Shown one piece after another: positions 1 to 11,006 of a DNA stretch of 42,102 bases. The notes beneath the pieces were generated by a model that was given only the letters and a program-made list of their open reading frames with translations, did no database searches and was not told the origin of the DNA. The position numbers and the translations under genes were made by a program. The first letter of the stretch is position 1. Every line of letters begins with the position of its first letter. This stretch comes from Rhizaria sp. SCN 62-66 (lineage: Eukaryota), in NCBI GenBank assembly GCA_001724265.1, contig MEDY01000270.1, positions 1 to 42,102 of the forward strand, in the 5' to 3' direction.

Positions 1-1
1 C

Positions 2-154
2 TACTCCTTCCCCTCCGTCCAGAAGCTCCGCTCTGCCTTCGGCCTTGCGTCCCCCTTCGCTGACGAGGAGGAGGCTGCTGCCAAGTCTGGCTCCGGCTCG
101 GGCTCCGGCTCCGCCTCCGGCTCTGGCTCCGGCTCTGGCTCTTCCTCCGATTAA
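2..154 (+). CDS. 3' end of an unidentified protein-coding gene (partial)
   Basis: Open frame YSFPSVQKLRSAFGLASPFADEEEAAAKSGSGSGSGSASGSGSGSGSSSD ends in TAA (152-154). GC-rich codons like the other exons, followed by an AT-rich tail. Confidence 0.7.
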   Translation, partial: YSFPSVQKLRSAFGLASPFADEEEAAAKSGSGSGSGSASGSGSGSGSSSD

Positions 155-556
155 TTGTGCTCGTGGTTGCGAAAGCAACACCGAATACGCAGCTAAACGG
201 TCGTCGTCCTTATAACGGTTTACAATCAATACAAAAATCTTTCAAAACAAAACCAATCCAACTTCTTTATCTTTATCTACTTGTGATATATCTCTATATT
301 GCAATATTGGTAATACGGCGCAAGATATCTAATGTTTATCGTTGAGCTAGCCGACAATGATGCTGCGAGGCGACGGGCCACCAGGCACAGAGCTTGACAC
401 GCAAGTTGGGTTGGGGATGTTTTGATGTGGCTTATATCCGTGCCTATGTCATAAAACTGGCTGTTAACATATCATAATAGATATGTTGTTTTGCGTTGTT
501 CATGCTCATAAAACGATTTTTCTTATCTTGATGTTCTTGACGTGTAGCGCGGCTCT

Positions 557-3500
557 ATGTCGAAGCCTGCCGCTAAGCCGGCTGCTGCAGCCGCTCCTGT
601 CGTCAACACGCAGGAGCTCGGTGCCAAGGAGAAGGCTATTTACCAGACCATGATGGTAGGTCTTTTATTCTATCTCGCTGCACACTTGGTGGCGCTGCTC
701 ATCTGCTCTGGCGTGCTCCAGCTCCACTTGCAGGGTGGCAGGAGACACATCCTCAGATTGACTCTTCAACTTGCCTCATCTTTCCTTCTCTGCCGCACGT
801 TATAATCGCAGCGCCACATAATGCTAGCTTGCATCATGAATATCCACTTTATATCCTACGTATATTTCTGCTTCTCATGTCTTACATACTAATTCTTACT
901 CTGACGCACATCCCCGCAATCTCACCCACGTTTGACTCCGCGCGCTCACCCTTCTCCTCACAGACTCACTACGAGCACAAGGCATACAACAAGGCCGTCC
1001 GTGAGGCGGATAAGGTCCTCGCCCGCAACGAGAAGCACTGCGAGACGCTCGTAGTCAAGGGCGCGTCGCTGGTACTCGCGGCGCCCAAGGCGAACGTGGC
1101 GCAGAAGGCCGAGGGCTTCGCGCTCATGAAGAAGGGCCTCATGTTCAACCTCAAGTCGTCGACGGCGTGGCACGTGCAGGCGCTGGTGTACCGCGCCGAG
1201 CACCAGTACGCCGAGGCCGTCAAGTCCTACACTATGGCTCTGCGCTTCGACGAGACCAACTCGAACCTAGTCCGCGACCTAGCGCTGCTGCAGGCGCAGA
1301 CGCACGCCTTCGAAGGGCTGGTCGAGTCGCGCCGCAAGCTGCTCATCGCGAACCCGGCTGTGCGCGCCAACTGGTCCGGCTACGCCGTGGCGTCGCACCT
1401 TGCGGGCCGCCACGACGTCGCCGCGCAGACCGTCTCGGCGTTCCTCTCGACGATGCCTCCCGGCGCGGACGGCATGGCGAAGCTGAAGCACGAGGCTAAG
1501 TTCGAGAACTCGGAGATGCACCTGTTCCGCAACGAGCTGCTCGCCGCCAAGGGCGACGTCGCTGCCGCGTACGCTGACCTGGACGCCATCAAGCCCGTCG
1601 TCATCGACACGCTGTCCTGGCACGCGCTCCGCGGCAAGCACGCTCTCACTCTGGGCCACGCTGCCGAGGCCGAGGCGGCGTACCGTTGGCTGCTTGACAC
1701 GAACCCCGAGAACCGGGAGTACTACGACGGGCTCGTCGCCGCCAAGGGGCTCGCCTACACGCCCGCGGCCGCCGCGGCGGGGCTGCCCGAGACGCAGGTC
1801 GCCGCGCTCACGGAGCTTTTCACCGAGCTCAAGGCTAAGTTCCCTAAGTGCCTCACTGTGCAGCGCGTGCCGCTCGACTTCCTTCCCGCCGGCTCGCCCG
1901 CCTTCGCCGCCGCACTCGAGACCTACGTCGTCCCGCGTCTTCGCAACGCCATGCCCTCGCTGTTCCGCGACCTTTCCTCTCTGTACGCCGCCGACGCCGC
2001 GAAGCAGACCGCGATCGGCGCGCTGATGACCGGGTTCGCGGAGAGTCTCCCCTCCACGGGCCGCTTTTCATCCACCGTCGCGCTGCCCGCGGGCGCCTCG
2101 GAAGAGTCCCCCGTTGCCGTACTATGGGTGTTCATCTACCTCGCGTTGCACTGCGACTACGCGGGCGACTCGGCGGCGGCGCTGGTGTGGCTGGCCAAGG
2201 GCCAGGCGCACTCTCCGACGCTGCTGGACCTCAACGTGTTCAAGGCGGGCGTGCTTAAGCACGCGGGCGACGCCGCGGGCGCGTACGCGGCCTGCGACGC
2301 GGCGCGCGTGATGGACCTCGCGGACCGCTACGTCAACACCAAGACGACGCAGTACGCGCTCCAGGCCGGCTGCGACGAGGCCGGTGAGAACACGATGGCG
2401 CTCTTCCTGCGCGACGACATGTCTCTGTTCGGGCTCGTCGACCTCCAGGTGTCCTGGTTCGTGTCGCAGATGGCGCTGTGCTACCGCGGCAAGCCCGGGC
2501 AGTGGCGCGCGCTCGCGCTGCGCAAGTTTAAGGACGTCGAGAACATCTTTGACAGCTTCGTCGAGTCGCAGCTCGATTTCCACCACTATGTGTACCGCAA
2601 GTCGACGCTGCGGGCCTACGCGCAGCAGATGGTGTACCTGGCCAGTGTGCGCCAGCACAAGTTCTACGTCCGCGCCATGGGCGTCGCCGCCGAGCTTTGG
2701 CTCGAGCTCCACGACGAGAAGCTCAAGGCTTCTACTGCTGACGCCGCGGTTGCTGCGGAGCGCGCGGAGATCGAAACGACTGTGATGTCGCGTGCGCAGA
2801 ACGTCGAGCGGTCCAAGTTCATCGCCGAGAGCGAGGAGAAAGCCGCCAAGGCGCTGACCGACACGCCCTTCGAGGCCCCCGACCGCGAGGATACGCTGGG
2901 TTTCGCGCTGATGGACACGGCCGAGCCGCTCGCCGAGGCGGCCCGGCTTGTGACAGTGCTTACCACGGCGTCCGCGGGCAGCGTCACTGCCTCCGCAGGC
3001 GTCTCCCCGTCGGTGTGGCTGCTCGCCGCGCGCGTCCACATGCGCCGCGGCAAGCTGCTGCTCGCGCTGCGTGCACTGCGCCACGCGCGCGCGGGCGCGG
3101 CTGCGCTGGCGGGCGCGCTGGCGACGGGCGAGACGGCCAAGTCCAAGGCCATCGCGGGCGCGTACTGGCCCGCCGTGTTCGGGCTGGCACACGCGCACGC
3201 CGCGACCAAGGCCACCGCGCTGCCCGTGTTCCTCGCGGTCGAGGCCGATGCCGTGGCGGCCGAGCTGCTCGCCGCCGCCGCCGCGCGCGGGCCCGAGGCC
3301 GACGCCGTGTCCGCGGCAGTCTTCGCCGACGCCGTCGCCGCGGGCGCGGACTTCCCCGGCGCCGCCGCGGTCTCCGCGGACGCCGCGGCCGCGCTGGCGG
3401 CCCGCGTCGCCGCGGGCGCGACCCGCGCTGGCGCGAGCGTGCTGGAGCGCGCTGCCGCCGCCAGCGCCGCCGTGCGTCTGTACAGCGACGCGCAGTCGCC

Positions 3501-3834
3501 CTTCGCGTCGGCCGCGGACGCCACCAAGAGCCGGACTGCGGCCGCGGCGGCCGTGGCGGCGGCGGTGACGGCGGCGGCGGCCGAGGCGCCCTCGACGCTT
3601 AACGCCGCCGTGCGCTGCGCGGTGCGCGTGGCGCATGCCGCGCTTGCCGCTGCGGGCGCTGCGGCGGCGAGCGATGCCGAGACTGTGCGCGGGGTGGCGC
3701 GCGCGGCGTTCGCGTGCGACGAGGAGTTCATGACGGCCGCGGAGAAGGAGGAGCATGCCAAGGCGTATGCTGTGGTGCCTCCGGCCTACTCGAGCACCGA
3801 CGAGCCCAAGCCCAAGACCGAGGCCTCCGCATAA
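557..3834 (+). CDS. NAA15: N-alpha-acetyltransferase 15/16, NatA auxiliary subunit (TPR/NARP1)
   Basis: Exons 557-655 and 964-3834; intron GTAGGT...CAG. Motifs: HYEHKAYNKA, WHVQALVYRAEHQYAEAVKSY, RDLALLQAQ, ENSEMHLF, MDLADRYVNTK, QLDFHHYVYRKSTLRAY. Confidence 0.95.
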
Positions 3835-4342
3835 AGCAGGGAAAGCGAGCGGTTGGTCAAACGCACCAGTGGGCAAGCAAGCAGAGAACAATTAAGACTT
3901 GGGTGCCTTTGAGAGTGCAGTGACCGAGTGAGTGCGAAGGTGATGGAATAGTGTGAGTTAGTAGATCTACATATTGTATGATGATATCAGAAAAAAGAAA
4001 CGAATATACACGTACCACTTAAAAATCAACTGTCATTTGTCTCCATCAATCTTGTGATCGCGCTAAATCGTTGCAAATATGATTGTGACCACAAAATATA
4101 CTTGAGCGGCAGTGTTCGGCGGACTGCGTTCTGTCCGTTAAGCGAGTCCGACATTCTGAGAGATCTTGATCTCAATCAGGAGATCGTCAGTTGAATTGCA
4201 ACAGCGCCACCAGATACTAGTTTTATATTAGTTTTATTATCTGTTTTTCGTGTTTCTTGCCGGACAGCTTTAGTTCCGTACCGCACCTTTCTAGACACCC
4301 TGGATCAGCCCTCGTCTCTGAGCACCGTCACTCGTTTTTCAA

Positions 4343-5299
4343 ATGCAGTCACAGCCCGCCCAGCCTTCGGTGACGCTGCCCGCGCACATGCTCACTGCAG
4401 TTCCTGGTACGTTATATTACACAGTTGTTGCGCTGACTTACGACATCTTGCTTTCGCCTTCGTCATATAGATTCTTCATACTATGCTTACCTCCTCGCAT
4501 CCTGGCTCATTCTCTCGCTCTTCCTCTCTGGGCCACTCTTAACGATCCTTGCAGAGTATGTCGACGACGCCTGGCAGACACACGAGCGGCTTGGCGATGC
4601 CCCGCGTCTGCTTGGCCACATCGAGATCCAGCCCAACGGCGTACGTTCCCTACTGACGCTTCTTAATCATTTGTCTGGAGCTCGGCTATTGATGACCTTA
4701 ACATGCAAAACCCTGTTTCATACTTCATAATACGACACGATGCACTTATCACGGGCCATTGCTCTGTGCTTATTGTGTTTTTCTACTGTTTTTAGACCGC
4801 CACGCTGGTGCTCGCCGAGGCAGAGGCGGGCGCGCCTACTCACCTCCCGCTCAAGATGAAGCCCGCGGACCAGTTTCCCATCGCGATCTTCTCCGAAAAC
4901 GTACGAAACAAAAACAAAACCACTCGAATCACGCTCTTTTACTGTATTTCTTTTTGTCATATCACTCATGAATGAATTTACGCTGTTTCTGTTCCACTGT
5001 GTTCTATTTCTATTCTTTGTTGGTGCAGCTCGCTCAGCAGCAGATGGCGATGTCAGACTCAGCACCCGCCCCTGCGAGCGCAACCGTGGCGTACCAGTAC
5101 CGCTACGAGTCTCGCGTGGCGTCCACGGCGGACGCGTTGCCCGCGACGACGATGCAGTACGTTAAGTTTAAGCGAGACCGTGCGCAGCGCAAAGACGCCG
5201 AGGCGCGCGCGCGCGCGGTGCAGTCCGCCGAGTCCGCCGAAGAAGTGTACGTCAATCTGTCGCGATATCTGGTCATTATTTGCAATATCACGTTTTTTA

Positions 5300-5346
<47 letters not shown>

Positions 5347-5749
5347 GGTTATTTCCCATTATTATCAAGTGTTTCCCTGATGGAATTCTTCGAAACATCA
5401 TTATTGTGTTTTTCATGTCTTATCACGTTCGCTTGCTTTCTTTTGCTTTCTTTTGCAACTCTGCAGCCAGAGCCGGCTGCCGAACCAGTTCGTGCCGTCG
5501 AGCGAGCGCGAGCGGCGCGAGATGCAGCAGAGCGACCGCTTGGTGCGCGCTGACGAGGACAAGGTGCTGGGTATGCTGCGCACGCTGTTCGCCGTGCAGA
5601 GCCACTACACGCTGCGCGAGCTGCAGGAGAAGACGAGCCAGCCCAAGCAGCACCTGCAGTCGATCCTCGATAAGTTCTGCATGTACCACGAGAAGGGCGA
5701 GTACAAAAACATGTACTCGCTCAGGGACATCTCGACTGTCATGCTTTAA
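4343..5749 (+). CDS. GTF2F2: Transcription initiation factor IIF beta subunit (RAP30/Tfg2)
   Basis: Exons 4343-4406, 4555-4640, 4796-4900, 5029-5246 and 5467-5749 join in frame through four GTACG..AG introns. N-terminal VPEYVDDAW and IAIFSEN; C-terminal winged helix RADEDKVLGMLRTLF...HYTLRELQEKTSQPKQHLQSIL...GEYKNMYSL. Confidence 0.88.
5301..5349. repeat. (GTT)n microsatellite in TFIIF-beta intron 4
   Basis: Near-perfect GTT run with one GTC interruption, read directly. Confidence 0.95.
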
Positions 5750-6231
5750 GCAAGCTGCGAACAGTTGCAGAACAGAGTGGACTGCTGCTGCTGTAGTCGC
5801 ATTGCATGCTCTAAGCTTTACATTGACAACATTGCGGTGCGCGGGATAATGATCACGGCGGACAAACAAAGATATGATTAGAAACAACAAAACATATTAA
5901 TATTACATATACTATTTCACTTCCGGCGATCACAATTGCTTTGTAGTATTGCAACAATAACTAATACTAAGACATTTTAGAACGTTATACAAACAACACC
6001 ACTTCAACCCGACACAATGCTGTATTCAATATGACAGCCTTGTGCTATCCGCAGATGGTCATACATGAGGTTATTTACAATAAATTACGTATTATGAATC
6101 TAAATATACATGATAACCAGAGATCGCGCTTCGACAAGCGCTATATATGCTGGCTTCTAAAGTTGGCGATCCGCACTGATCACTTGCCACTTGTCACTTA
6201 TCGCTTGCGACTTCCAGGCTTCATCTAGCTT

Positions 6232-7888
6232 TCACTTGCGCAGCACTTTGCCCAGCACGCCCTTGGCGAGCTTCGCGGCCGCATACTGCAGCGACCTTCC
6301 CACCCCGGCGCTAACCACGCCCTTGACAAGCTGCGCCGCACTGCTGCGCCGCACCGCGCTCTCCGCCACCGCCCCGGCCGCGGCCGCCGCCCCCGCGCGC
6401 CGCCGCAGCAGCCGCGCCGCGTCGCCGCCGGCGCCCAGCCTGCCGGCCGTGTAGAGGTGCTCGACGTCGCGCGCCATGCCCGAAGTTAGGCCGCGCGCGT
6501 ACTCGACACCGTCAGTTCCGTACACGCGCTCCTTGTGTTGCGTACGTGCCGCCTCGTTATCAGCCTTGCTGTTGTTCGTCATGGCGTCGCGCGCGGCCTG
6601 TGCGTAGCGCGGCGGCAGTGCGTGGATAAGAGCGTCCCCAGCCGCCGCAGTGACCGGCTGGACTAACACAAACTCACCGGTCGCCTCAACATCAGCGCTA
6701 AGGCCACCGATAACGCCTTGGCCGTTGACGATGACCTCGCACAGCCGGTCCCTCGCGGCCTCAATATTACTATAATTCGCGGAACCCGTGGCGCCCGCAG
6801 TAGCGGTACTCGTGGCGGCTGTAGTAGAACTCATGCCCGCGAGTGCGTCTGCGACCTGTAGCACGACGACCCCGGCCTCGGCGAGCAGAGGGCCGTACAA
6901 CCTGCGGAACAGCGCGCGCGAGCCCCGCGCGATGGCGAGCACTTTCCCGGGCGCCTCGGCGGCCAGGGCGGTGCGGACGTCGCCCGTGTAGCTGATGGCC
7001 GTCAGCGCGGCCCACAGCTGCTCCTCGGCGAACACGGGCGGCAGCGAGAGCAGGGCGAGTGCCAGCGCTTGACGCAGGTTGCCGCGGAGGGCACCCGGGA
7101 GACCCGCCAGCGCTGCGGGGGCCGGCGGCAACCCGTCTGCGGTGGGAACAGACCGGGGGGTGGCGCCGGTAGGGGTGAAGGCGTCGGTGAGGCCCGGGGT
7201 GAGCACCGTCACGGGCTTATGCAGGCGGCCCGCGAGGTACAGGCTATATAAATTAGAAACAAACAAAGAACAATAAAAGAACAGAAAATACAATTTAGTG
7301 ATTAGAAACCAAATGAATAAAATAATTCATACGATTAGCACGTTATACTTCGGTTTCATTCAAAATAAAGCTTTGTTCTAAGGAGATAAACACGATTTAG
7401 TGATCAGTAGCTGACACGCACCTGTCCCAAGTCGTGAGGTCTGTCTGGAGCGCGCGCGTGGACACAACGCCGTACTTGATCATGGGCAGTGCGTCGCCGT
7501 ACAAGGCGTCGCCAGGCGGCAGCTGCACCAACGGGTTGAAGTACACGCCCGCGCCGAGGCTCTGCACAGCCGATACTGCGCGCGCCCCGCAGAGCCTACC
7601 GAGTAACGAGTAATGCCGAGGGAAGCGCTCCAGCGTCGCGGCGTGCCACGCAACTGGGTCGCGCACGGCAAAAACAAAGTCCATCATCTTCCCCGCAGTC
7701 GCTGCGGAAGAGCTGCCGCTGCTGGCAGCGCTGGAGGTGGATTTGGAAGCGGTGGACACGAGCGGGGAGCCGTCGGAGCGGAGCTGGGGCTTGACCGCGC
7801 TGCCGTAGGAGAAGGCGAAGTCCACGGGCGGGAAATGCGACAGAACAGCGCTGCCGATAGCCTTTGTCGATGGAAAACCAACGGACAT
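6232..7888 (-). CDS. TAM41: Mitochondrial phosphatidate cytidylyltransferase (CDP-DAG synthase)
   Basis: Exons 7888-7422 and 7243-6232. Motifs FAFSYGS, MMDFVFAV, GAGVYFNP, IKYGVVS and ISYTGDVR. Splicing restores DLTTWDS-LYLAGRLHKPV. Confidence 0.95.
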
Positions 7889-8214
7889 GTCTGATCAAAG
7901 AGGCTAAATCAAAGAACAGTCACTAATGCAAGAGCAGGTATGCGTCGGAGAGACGAACGAAGCGTGCGAAAACTGTGTCAAGAAGAGGCGATTCGTGGAG
8001 GATATGTACATGGTAAGATGAGTCGTGTGAAAAGTAATTTTTTAAATACGGATATTTGTATAGTATTGACGCTTGGTCACGCCTACTGTGCACTATTTAA
8101 CGGACATCCACGTCCGCACACTCAGATCAAAAACAATCTTCACTTCCTCGCCCTCGAGCCACCACAACGATGACTTGTTGCTTGCTGCTACTAGCTTGTC
8201 GATTGATCGCCGCT

Positions 8215-9298
8215 TTACTTGGTGGCGTGGCCGTGGACGGTCTTGGCGAGCGCGAGAACGCCGGACATAAGGCCAGCGTACGCGCACGTCTTCTCCGAGA
8301 ACTGTGAGCCAAGCACCTTCTCGGTGAGACGCCACCCGTTGGCCGAGTACGTCAGGTTGCCGAGGCGGGACGCGATGCCGGCGAAGCCCCAGAGAAGTTG
8401 GGTCTTGAGCTTGAGGAGCTCGATCTTGGCCGCCTTGGCGTCGTCAGAGCCCGGGGCAGCGGCGCGGACCTTCTTGACCAGGTCGGCCTGCTTCGCGAGC
8501 AGCGTGCGGAGGTCGATGGCTTCGCCGATGAGCGCCAGCAGCTGCGCGAACCAGAACGCGGTCATCGCGTAGCGGGACGCCTGTTGCAGCATAATATGGA
8601 CGCAAATAGAGTTACACAAAGGAAATCAAATGAGATAAAACTTATGAGACACTTATATAGCTGTGTTTAACATATCATATACAAAATTCACCGCGAACGC
8701 GTGTCATTTGGACGCGCTAGAATCCGTTTTGTGTTTTAGAGCTTAAATGTGTCGTACCTGGTCGTCCTCCTTGAAGTAGGTGGTGAGCTTGGCGCGCTGG
8801 AGGAAGATGATGTTGTCGAAGAACCAGAAGGCGATGTTGCAGGTGTTGGAGAGCCCCTTGAGGATCTCACGCGGGTTCGCCCAGTTAATGGAGCGGTTGG
8901 CCTGGATAAAGTCGAGCGACTGACCGAGACCGCCGAGCTTGCGGCCGCTGTTGATGGTCGCGGCGGCGTTGGAGAAGCGGCCGACCCACTCGTTCTTAGG
9001 GTCGCTCTCGGCGAGGTTCAGCGAAAGAACCTTGCACGCGTATTGCAGAGACTGTGCGGATGACACAAGCGAGAAAGACACAGTGGACGAGTGTCGGAGT
9101 CAAGAATGGAGGGTGAGAGGGCTGTCGGTGAAACAGGGCCGAGAGATACAAGGAGGCAGACAGCGGGGTAAACAAGCTATAAAAGAAATGACGAACCTTG
9201 TTGAAGTTGCCACGGCCGTTGCTGTCCTTGAGGGTTGCAAGGACAGTGCGGAACGTCTGGTCGGCGCAGAGAATGGCGGACACGATGGGACTCGGCAT
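8215..9298 (-). CDS. PEX11: Peroxisomal membrane protein PEX11 family
   Basis: Exons 9298-9197, 9051-8758 and 8580-8215, all phase 0. GRGNFNK-SLQY, GRKLGGLG, FWFFDNIIFL and C-terminal AGLMSGVL follow the Pex11 layout; about 253 aa. Confidence 0.8.
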
Positions 9299-11006
9299 CA
9301 GGACCTGAGCAGGGGGCGATGGGCAAGGTCAAGCAAGGGTGGAGCGCGATGAGAATTGACGGTATCAGGGTCATAATTAAAAAAGTAAAGGGTTATCAAA
9401 CATGTAAATTTGCATTATCATACCAGCTCCAAAATTTGACGTTCGTGTGGTGCACAAATCAAACTTTCAGCGGGGCCTCAACTGTCGCATCGCGCCCCAC
9501 ACCGGCTGTCCAGCAGTTGGTCGGTCACCAGTGACGTGGCTACACCTGCGATCTTTCGTCACGATTTCGAGGGGTATATGTGCGCTGATGCAAATAAAAC
9601 AGATGTATTGACTTAAAAAAGTAGGTGTTCTAAAACTGAGGCAGATATTATGAAACGGGGGATACATGTACTCTCAAAGCTAGCGGTAACTACATAGTAG
9701 TGTTAATAATGAGTGGAGGTTGTGGAGTTGTGATTGTGTGAGTGACTATGTGGGGAGGGGGTGATGGCAGGGGTAATAATAGTAGCGGTTTGCGTTTGTA
9801 CGAGCAGAGAACCATTCAAAGTGCTATTGTGTGAGGTTAGTTATGACTTGTGGCTGTGACGCCGTCGCTGCTTCCTGCAACCTATGAGTCAAGTCATGAG
9901 TCTCTTGATGGGAGCGACTATCAGACAACAAGATGCAGTCAGGACAGGGCGATGTAAACAAGCTTGAGAGAGTAGGAGTTTGAGAGTGGTTTGTGAAGAG
10001 AGGGGGATCAAGCGAAGCAACAAACTGTGTGTGTGACTGAAGCAGAGTGATTGCTGAACAGTTGCGATGAAACTATGCTGCGTATGTGATTGGAAGCAAT
10101 CGCAGTGACCACAATGCCACTGCAATGTTGCATGTTAATACACAACTTGTAGCTCCACTATGACCACCGGCAAACGTGTACTTCTAGGGCGCTAAATTCG
10201 ACTGCGAACACGACAATGACTGTGGTAAGTATCATAGTCACATGCGCGTACACATGGATGTCGCGTGGGGTCAATGGGGGTGCTGCTTGCGTAAATTAAC
10301 AGCTAGGTAACAGAGAAAGCAGCACACCCCTGACCCACACATCGCCTATTCGTGCAGCGGCAACGCGAGCCACTTTAAATTGCGCATCACTTTAACTGCA
10401 GCATGGGACGAGACAGCAAAAAGACAACTTGTTCAACGACAGACCGTGCAAACTCGACATGCGTGCGTGCGTGTGTTCATGTGAAAGAAGCGAGAGTCAA
10501 GAGTAAAATAGATAAAGAGAAGCGAGAGAGAGGACGTACAACGTCGCTTGTACTGGTGTGATGTGTTGTTGTGTTGTTGAAATTGTTGTGATGATAGTAT
10601 ATCGTGCGTTGATTCTAGCACTAATCATGTGACAAACAAAATAAAAGAGGACTTACAGATCAAGTAACACAGGAGCAAAAACAAAACAAAAGAGGAGTGA
10701 TGCTACAATCATTATAAAGTAAGACTAGATAAATGCGCGGAGCAACACTCTTTCATTTTTAAAGCAAAAACAAAGACAAAAAGTAATAAAAACAAAAAAG
10801 GCAACCACAAAACAACACATTACTCTCACGTTTAAACTCTCGTAATCTCATATTTTTTTTCTCATTTGCTTCTTTTACACAAGGCACACTTGCGTGTAGC
10901 GCAGTTTGATGACAAGCAGAACAGATCGTGATCGATCGATTAATCGACACGTGCATGCAGTGCGCAACGCGGCCTGAATTATGTAGGCGGCTTAACATCA
11001 ACGCGT

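Noticed and set aside
2-154. Ribosomal protein P0 C-terminus (YSFP resemblance)
   Set aside because: Lacks the conserved terminal DMGFGLFD-type motif, so it is left unassigned.
829-963. ORF-track N-terminal extension of NAA15 (similar cases at 7293, 18734, 33399, 39217)
   Set aside because: These run through intron or leader sequence. Splicing at GT-AG sites, or a downstream ATG, gives the conserved protein.
2122-3891. Long antisense and alternative-frame ORFs (also 22622-23989, 15715-16698, 34228-35148, 40123-40842)
   Set aside because: Shadows of GC-rich, low-complexity coding sequence where stops are scarce; no recognisable motifs, and they overlap well-supported genes.
4972-5849. Poly-Val, poly-Cys and poly-Leu 'proteins'
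   Set aside because: Translations of the intronic (GTT)n microsatellite.
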